Below are positions 58,032-64,000 of a DNA stretch of 64,000 nucleotides, in pieces. Made by a program: the position numbers and the translations under genes. The DNA lies in contig CAXXVS010000002.1 of assembly GCA_963674755.2 (NCBI GenBank), positions 896,001 to 960,000 of the forward strand. Direction: 5' to 3'. The notes beneath the pieces were generated by a model. It saw only the letters and a program-made list of their open reading frames with translations. It was not told where the DNA came from and did not search any database. Source of the DNA: Desulfobacterales bacterium. GTDB lineage: Bacteria; Desulfobacterota; Desulfobacteria; Desulfobacterales; UBA5852. Position 1 is the first letter of the stretch, and every line of letters begins with the position of its first letter.

Positions 58032-60020
58032 ATGGACAAAGGCTACACAGGTAAGATTCTTAAAGTCGATCTGAGCACCGGCGATATCCAGGAGGAGGAC
58101 ATCCCGGACGGGGTCTACGAGCGATTCCTGTCCGGCATGGGGCTGGGCGCCTATATCCTCTACCGGGACATCCCGGCGGATGCCGATCCCCTGGGGCCGG
58201 AAAATATCCTGGGATTCGTGACCGGTCTTCTGACCGGAACGGGCAGTCTGTTTACCGGGCGCTGGATGGTGGTGGGCAAATCCCCCCTGACCGGCGGCTG
58301 GGGAGACGCCAATTGCGGCGGGATGCTGGCCGCTTCCATCAAACGTTGCGGCTATGACGGCATTTTCATCAAAGGATGCAGCGCGCATCCGGTCTATCTC
58401 GAGGTAAAAAACGGCCGAGCCGCCCTCCACGAGGCCGGCGACCTTTGGGGACGGGATACGGTGGAAACCGAGGCCCTGCTCACCCAACGCTGCCACAAAA
58501 AGAAATTGCCCCGGGTGGCCTGCATCGGACCGGCCGGCGAAAACCGCTCCCTGATTTCAGGCATCTGCACGGACAAGGGGCGCATTGCGGCCCGTTCCGG
58601 ACTGGGGGCGGTGATGGGCGCCAAAAAACTCAAAGCCGTAGTGTTTACGGGTACACGCAACATCAAGCCCCACAATCGGGAGGCGATCCACCGTCTCAGC
58701 CGCAAATGCAGCCGCTGGGCCACTTTCCGGATTCCGTTTCTTTCAGGGGGCATGGTGGGCAAGCTGGGCACTCTCATGCGCATCCTGCCCACCCAGATGG
58801 CCATGGACGGTCTGTTATACCGGCTGATGCTCAGCAAGTGGGGGACTCCCGCCATGAATCAGATGTCGGTGGAAATGGGGGATTCGCCCATCAAGAACTG
58901 GAAAGGCAGCAACCAGGATTTCGACCTCAAGCGGTCCCGAACAATCAACCCCGATCTTTTCCGCCAGTGCGAAATCGTGAAGTACCACTGTTACTCCTGC
59001 CCGGTGGGGTGCGGCGGCATCTGTGCTACGGGCGGTCGCTTCAGCGAGACCCACAAGCCGGAATACGAAACCGTGCTGGCCCTGGGGGGGCTGTGCCTCA
59101 ACGAAGATGCCGATAGCATCTTCTACCTGAATGAACTGCTCAACCGGGCCGGCATGGATACCATCTCGGCCGGGGGCACCGTGGCTTTTGCCATCGAGTG
59201 CTATGAGAAGGGCCTGATCACCAAGGAAGATACGGAAGGGCTGGAGCTGACCTGGGGCAATACCGAGGCCATCGTGGCCCTGATCGAAAAAATGATCCGG
59301 CGGACAGGCATCGGCGACCTGCTGGCCGACGGCAGCAAAGCAGCGGCGGAAAGAATCGGATGCGGCGCCCATTACTATGCCATCCATGCCGGGGGACAGG
59401 AGCTGCCCATGCACGACGGGCGCTGCGATCCCGGTTTCGCGGTTCACTACGCGGTGGAGCCCAGCCCGGGCAAACACACCGTGGGCGCCCAGATGTATTA
59501 TGAAATGTACCGCTTGTGGAAAAAGGTCAAATCCCTCCCCAAACCGGACAAGTTTTATTTCAAGGGCCGTAAATACGTGGCCGACCAGACCAAGGCGGTG
59601 TGCAGTGCCGTTTGCAGCAAATATATGAACGTGCTGAACGGCACTGGCACCTGCCTCTTCGGGTCCTTTCTGGGGGCGGACCGGCTGCCCCTTTTCGAAT
59701 GGCTCAATGCCGCCACAGGCTGGGACAAGACGCCGGAAGACTACCTGGCCATCGGCGAAGCGGTGCAGACCCTGCGACAGGCCTTCAATGTCAAACACGG
59801 GCGCGACCCCCGAATGAACTTCCCAACACCCCGTGCAACGGGGCAGCCCCCCCTGAGCGCCGGCGCCAACAAGGAACGCCGGGTGGCAATCGAGACCATG
59901 GCCCAGGATTACTGGCAGCAGTTCGGTTGGGATGCCACCACCGGCCATCCACGTCCGGAGGCCATACCCGCCCTCGATGAGACCCGGACGGCAGCGCCCG
60001 GGGATGAAACGCGTTCGTAA
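58032..60020 (+). CDS. aor: Aldehyde:ferredoxin oxidoreductase family (W/Mo-bis-pterin)
   Basis: KSPLTGG, AARSGLGAVMGAK, CYSCPVGC, PEYET, GMDTIS. Confidence 0.9.
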   Translation: MDKGYTGKILKVDLSTGDIQEEDIPDGVYERFLSGMGLGAYILYRDIPADADPLGPENILGFVTGLLTGTGSLFTGRWMVVGKSPLTGGWGDANCGGMLAASIKRCGYDGIFIKGCSAHPVYLEVKNGRAALHEAGDLWGRDTVETEALLTQRCHKKKLPRVACIGPAGENRSLISGICTDKGRIAARSGLGAVMGAKKLKAVVFTGTRNIKPHNREAIHRLSRKCSRWATFRIPFLSGGMVGKLGTLMRILPTQMAMDGLLYRLMLSKWGTPAMNQMSVEMGDSPIKNWKGSNQDFDLKRSRTINPDLFRQCEIVKYHCYSCPVGCGGICATGGRFSETHKPEYETVLALGGLCLNEDADSIFYLNELLNRAGMDTISAGGTVAFAIECYEKGLITKEDTEGLELTWGNTEAIVALIEKMIRRTGIGDLLADGSKAAAERIGCGAHYYAIHAGGQELPMHDGRCDPGFAVHYAVEPSPGKHTVGAQMYYEMYRLWKKVKSLPKPDKFYFKGRKYVADQTKAVCSAVCSKYMNVLNGTGTCLFGSFLGADRLPLFEWLNAATGWDKTPEDYLAIGEAVQTLRQAFNVKHGRDPRMNFPTPRATGQPPLSAGANKERRVAIETMAQDYWQQFGWDATTGHPRPEAIPALDETRTAAPGDETRS

Positions 60021-60042
60021 CACTGTAGGAGGATAGGTGCCC

Positions 60043-60267
60043 ATGGCATCCGTGACGCACGGCACACCGTCATTTGTACGTAAAAAATGCATGGCCTGCA
60101 AAATCTGTATGGACGACTGCCCGGTGAGTTGCATCGGTGTGGAGGAACGCGGTACGCCTGAGGACCCCCACGGCTACCCTTTCCTGGACGATGCGGCGCT
60201 GTGCATCCACTGCGGACGCTGTGCCGAAAACTGCCCGGTGGGCGCCATCGAAATGGTGGCCGCCTGA
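60043..60267 (+). CDS. 2x[4Fe-4S] ferredoxin
   Basis: CMACKICMDDCP and CIHCGRCAENCP. Confidence 0.9.
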   Translation: MASVTHGTPSFVRKKCMACKICMDDCPVSCIGVEERGTPEDPHGYPFLDDAALCIHCGRCAENCPVGAIEMVAA

Positions 60268-60333
60268 AAGCGATGCAAGGGACACCCGCAGACCCCGGTT
60301 TTTGGATGACAAGAAATAAGGAAGGGTAGCGCT

Positions 60334-60867
60334 ATGGAATTGCACTATCGCGACGTGTCGCCCGGCCGAAGCTATCCCCAAAGGGCCTATTTGAGTATCA
60401 ACCTGTGGTTCATGGGACGGGCCATCCAGGCGGCCTCCCGCGTCGACGACCGGGTGCGGCGCGAAATCCGGGGGCTGCCGCCGGAATTTACGTTTGCCCT
60501 GGGCATCTTGCCGGATGGGCCGTATCTGGTGGTGCGCAAACAGGGCAAAGACAGTGCCCGTTACATCGGCCGGAGGATTGATGCTCAGCCGGTGGATTTG
60601 GCCCTATCCTTCAAGCATCTGGAAGCCGGCTTTCTAACCTTTACCTTTCGTGAAAACACATCCGTGGCGACCGCCCGGGACCGACTGGTGGTGGACGGGG
60701 AGGTGGGCTATGCCTGCTCGGTGGTACGGATTCTCGACATCGTGCAGATCTACCTGCTACCGAAGCCGATTGCCCGAATGGCTGTCAAACGCTATCCCCA
60801 TTGGCCCCTGGGCGACAAACTGATCAACCGGTCCCGCATCTATTGGCGGACCCTCATCGGTTATTGA
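60334..60867 (+). CDS. Hypothetical protein (possible SCP2-like lipid-binding fold)
   Basis: VDLALSFK...LVVDGE pattern; position in operon. Confidence 0.5.
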   Translation: MELHYRDVSPGRSYPQRAYLSINLWFMGRAIQAASRVDDRVRREIRGLPPEFTFALGILPDGPYLVVRKQGKDSARYIGRRIDAQPVDLALSFKHLEAGFLTFTFRENTSVATARDRLVVDGEVGYACSVVRILDIVQIYLLPKPIARMAVKRYPHWPLGDKLINRSRIYWRTLIGY

Positions 60868-60924
60868 CAGTGCCCCTGCGGTGACGGCGCCGCCACGCAA
60901 CCTTAATGATGATAGGAAGACATC

Positions 60925-62106
60925 ATGCGCGTGCCCAACTCCATGGAATTCGAATGCCCGGTCAAAATCCACTGTGGGGACCGGGCTCTGAACCACATCC
61001 CGTTCGAATTGCGGGCGATAGGGTCGGCCAAGCCGCTTGTGATCGGCGACGAAGCCGCCACCCGGGAGAATCGAATGGCGGCGGTGCTGAATGCTTGCCG
61101 GGATGCGGACATGACCATGGGGGTGGTGGAGGACGTACCTTTGGCAGATATGACGGATAGCCTGCTGCAGCTGGCCGCTATCTACCGTGACAAGGACTGT
61201 GATGCCATTGTCGCCGTGGGGCAGGAAACATTTATGGACCTGGCCAAAGCCCTGAATTTGCTTCTGTCCACCGGGGCGGATACCCTGGCGCCGTTGGCCG
61301 ACGGGCAGACCGTTCCCCGAACCCTCAATCCCTTGGCGGTCATTCCAGCGGCCTCCGCCGACGGGTTTGAGGCGTCGGGCTACCTGCATTTTGAGGGACA
61401 TACCCTGCGATCAGTCCATTTGATGCCGCAACTGCTCTTTCTCGATCCCCGTGCAACCGGCCGGCCTGATGACGAGGCCATGGTGGCGACCGCCCTGAAC
61501 GCGCTCACCAACGGTGTGGAGGCCTACTTCGGTGTCGATACCAATCCCATAAAGGCCATCTATGCCCGCCCCGCCACTCTGCTTGCCACAGAGGCGCTCT
61601 GTGTGCTGGCGGGGCGCGGCACCCGCGCTGCCGACCTTGCCATGACCGTCACTCATGCGGCCGCCCTGGGCGGATGTGCCTTGGGAGGTGACCGGCTCTC
61701 GACCACGCATTGCCTGGCCCAGGCCATCGCAGCCACCGGCAAGGCTTCGGAGGCCCAGGCCAAAGGCGTTCTCCTGTCCTATGTACTGGAACAGCGTGTC
61801 CTGGAAGGAGCGATGAATGTCGATGTGTTATTGAGTCTGGCTGGCGGCAACGACCGTTTTGCCCGTACGCCCGAGCACCAGCGTGGCCCGGCAGCGATTT
61901 ATTTTATACGCAGTCTGATCAACCAGCTGTTCGAAACCAGCGACGGTAAAATCGGTCGGACTCTGCAGGACATCGGTCTGACGCGTTCCGCGCTTGCTGC
62001 CATTGCCAAGAGCGCCTGCGCGGATGATACCCATGAGAATCCGGAGGTCTTTGAAACCATCCTCACCCATGCGTGGGAAGGGCGGCCCTTTGGTTGTATG
62101 ACCTGA
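60925..62106 (+). CDS. Degenerate iron-containing alcohol dehydrogenase homolog (probable pseudoenzyme)
   Basis: Collinear with the neighbouring ADH, but the GGGS, TTAGTGSE, DALTH and PHG motifs are altered. Confidence 0.75.
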   Translation: MRVPNSMEFECPVKIHCGDRALNHIPFELRAIGSAKPLVIGDEAATRENRMAAVLNACRDADMTMGVVEDVPLADMTDSLLQLAAIYRDKDCDAIVAVGQETFMDLAKALNLLLSTGADTLAPLADGQTVPRTLNPLAVIPAASADGFEASGYLHFEGHTLRSVHLMPQLLFLDPRATGRPDDEAMVATALNALTNGVEAYFGVDTNPIKAIYARPATLLATEALCVLAGRGTRAADLAMTVTHAAALGGCALGGDRLSTTHCLAQAIAATGKASEAQAKGVLLSYVLEQRVLEGAMNVDVLLSLAGGNDRFARTPEHQRGPAAIYFIRSLINQLFETSDGKIGRTLQDIGLTRSALAAIAKSACADDTHENPEVFETILTHAWEGRPFGCMT

Positions 62107-62134
62107 TCCTCCCCATTAAGGAGCGCATTTCATC

Positions 62135-63385
62135 ATGCTGAATATCCCCGGGTATTATGAATATTGCTGCCGCGTCAATGTCGTGGCCGGACACGACGCC
62201 CTGGAAAAAATTCCTGGCATTCTTGCAGGGGTTAACGCTTCCCGTCCCATGATTGTAACGGACCCCGGGGTGGCCGGGGCCGGTCTGATCGATCTGGTGA
62301 CCAGTGCTTTGGGCAACCAGGTGCAGATTGGCGGCGTGGATGCCGAAGTCCCGCCGGATTCCTCTCTCGAGGCCGTACGGCGGATCGCGGCGGCCTATCG
62401 CCAAAACGACTGTGATGCCCTGATCGCCGTGGGAGGCGGATCGGTTCTGGACACGGCCAAGGGGGTCAACATCATGGTCTCGGAGGAGACCGGCGATCTG
62501 ATGGCCTTCAGCGGGGCCGGCGCCCTGAAGCACCGCCTCAAGCCGCTCATCGCCATTCCCACCACAGCCGGCACCGGATCGGAAACCACCCTGGTGGCGG
62601 TCATCAAAGACCATGAACGCCACCAAAAAATGCTGTTTACCAGTTATTTTCTTCTGCCGGATGCGGCCATTCTCGATTCCCGCATGACCCTCACCCTGCC
62701 GCCGGCCATCACGGCCGCCACTGCCATGGATGCCCTCACCCATGCCATGGAAGCCTATACCTGCCTGGCCAAAAACCCGTTGAGCGATGCCAGCGCCATA
62801 TCCGCCATCGAACTGATCGCGCGGCATCTCATGCCGGTCATGAAACAGCCCGACGACCGGGACGGCCGTCTGGCCCTGGCCCTGGCCGCCACCCTGGCCG
62901 GCATGGCCTTTTCCAATGCCATGGTGGGAATGGTGCACACCATCGGACATGCCATCGGGGCGGTTTGCGGTGTGCCCCACGGCACCTGTATGGCCATCCT
63001 CCTGCCCTATGGCCTGGAGTACAATCTGCACCGCAACGGTCATTTGACGTCCGAGCTGCTTCTGCCCCTCGAGGGGGCCGATGTCTATGCCCGCACACCC
63101 CAGGAGAAGCGCGCCCTGCGGGTGATCGTACGGGTCAGGGAGCTGAACCAGTCCCTCAATGACATCACCCACGGACGGCATGCCCGCTTTCTCGGCGAAA
63201 TCATCGACCGGGACGGCAACCCGGCCGTGCCCAAGGATCGTTTGCCGGACATCGTCGCGACGGCCAAAAACGATGGGTCCTTGCTTTACAATCCCGAAGA
63301 GCTGGATGACGAGGACTATCGGATGGTTCTTGAACACGCCTGGGACGGCACCCCCCTGGATCGCAACCGGGTTAAAAAGGGATAG
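62135..63385 (+). CDS. Iron-containing alcohol dehydrogenase
   Basis: GGGSVLDTAK, PTTAGTGSE, DALTHAME, HTIGH, PHG. Confidence 0.93.
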   Translation: MLNIPGYYEYCCRVNVVAGHDALEKIPGILAGVNASRPMIVTDPGVAGAGLIDLVTSALGNQVQIGGVDAEVPPDSSLEAVRRIAAAYRQNDCDALIAVGGGSVLDTAKGVNIMVSEETGDLMAFSGAGALKHRLKPLIAIPTTAGTGSETTLVAVIKDHERHQKMLFTSYFLLPDAAILDSRMTLTLPPAITAATAMDALTHAMEAYTCLAKNPLSDASAISAIELIARHLMPVMKQPDDRDGRLALALAATLAGMAFSNAMVGMVHTIGHAIGAVCGVPHGTCMAILLPYGLEYNLHRNGHLTSELLLPLEGADVYARTPQEKRALRVIVRVRELNQSLNDITHGRHARFLGEIIDRDGNPAVPKDRLPDIVATAKNDGSLLYNPEELDDEDYRMVLEHAWDGTPLDRNRVKKG

Positions 63386-63571
63386 ACCGCACCGCACCCG
63401 CTTGACCCGTTGGGACAAACCCGTTATTTTCCGCCATTAGCGCCACCTTGATGGGCTTGGCTGCCATGGCAGGACTTCCTGATGCTTGGGCAGGTGATTC
63501 GTGCTCTTTGTTCATGGCATGGCAGGTCCTGCGCTTAACCGCATCATGCTTTTGTCCAATCGGAAGAAGAC

Positions 63572-64000
63572 ATGCCTGGCTTCTCTTTAGTTACCGGCAA
63601 TCGCCTGGAGCGATTGGCCCGCGTTCTTGCCCAGCGTACCCAGGGGCGTTCAGGGGATCCCTTCACCCCGGAGACGATCGTGATCCAGAGCCGGGGCATG
63701 GAGCGCTGGCTGGCATTGGCCAGCGCCAGGCATATCGGCATCGCCGCCAACCTGCACTTTCCCTTTCCGGAGGCCTTCATCCGCACGGTGATCAAAGCGG
63801 TGCTGCCCGAGGTGCCGGAAGCGGAACCCTTCCAGCGCGATGTCATGCTCTTCGCCATTTTCGACCTGCTGCCCCGCTGCCTGGAGACAGATCCCTCCTT
63901 CGCGCCGTTGCAAGGGTACCTTCGTCAGGACGACCGGGGGGAAAAACGGCTGCAGCTGGCTCAGCGGATCGCCCATCTTTTCGACCAGTACCAAATCTTT
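63572..64000 (+). CDS. recC: Exodeoxyribonuclease V gamma subunit (3' truncated)
   Basis: My translation: MPGFSLVTGNRLERLA...DPFTPETIVIQSRGMERWL...GIAANLHFPFP...IAHLFDQYQ; not in the supplied track. Confidence 0.88.
   Translation, partial: MPGFSLVTGNRLERLARVLAQRTQGRSGDPFTPETIVIQSRGMERWLALASARHIGIAANLHFPFPEAFIRTVIKAVLPEVPEAEPFQRDVMLFAIFDLLPRCLETDPSFAPLQGYLRQDDRGEKRLQLAQRIAHLFDQYQIF

Overview
GC-rich chromosomal segment of an anaerobic deltaproteobacterium. Gene content suggests a Desulfobacterales/Desulfosarcinaceae-like sulfate reducer; this is inferred, not proven. From left to right: a PilB/GspE ATPase (5' truncated), a V4R-GAF-PAS hybrid kinase, an M48-TPR/queH/yggS/maf operon and tRNA-Leu(TAA). 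A ~1 kb non-coding interval rich in RNA structure follows. Next is a 14 kb IclR-headed catabolic cluster resembling an atypical ectoine/hydroxyectoine utilisation pathway (2x EutD/DoeA, EutB, TRAP transporter, PanB-like, U32-like, M20, RidA). A motility region with three sigma28 promoters holds motAB, an unknown gene coupled to an archaeal-type membrane-anchored LonB, HDOD, GAF, FliK-like and FlhB-like genes. The rest comprises rnhA, cysQ-sat/cysC-ugd, a 13-gene cobamide operon ending in cbiR, a TetR/AOR/ferredoxin/pseudo-ADH/ADH locus and the start of recC. The most striking unannotated signal is one regulatory-RNA cassette occurring twice, 25 kb apart (about 10.15-10.43 kb and 35.32-35.56 kb, both minus strand). 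Each copy has a tandem enhancer site, a sigma54 promoter at an identical 73-nt offset, and a related ~80-nt stem-loop RNA starting TGGCAATCA at +7. One copy looks like a stand-alone sRNA with an anti-Shine-Dalgarno seed; the other is the leader of a small zinc-ribbon protein. Four copies of a MITE/REP-like repeat are also present. No CRISPR array, integrase or transposase was seen.
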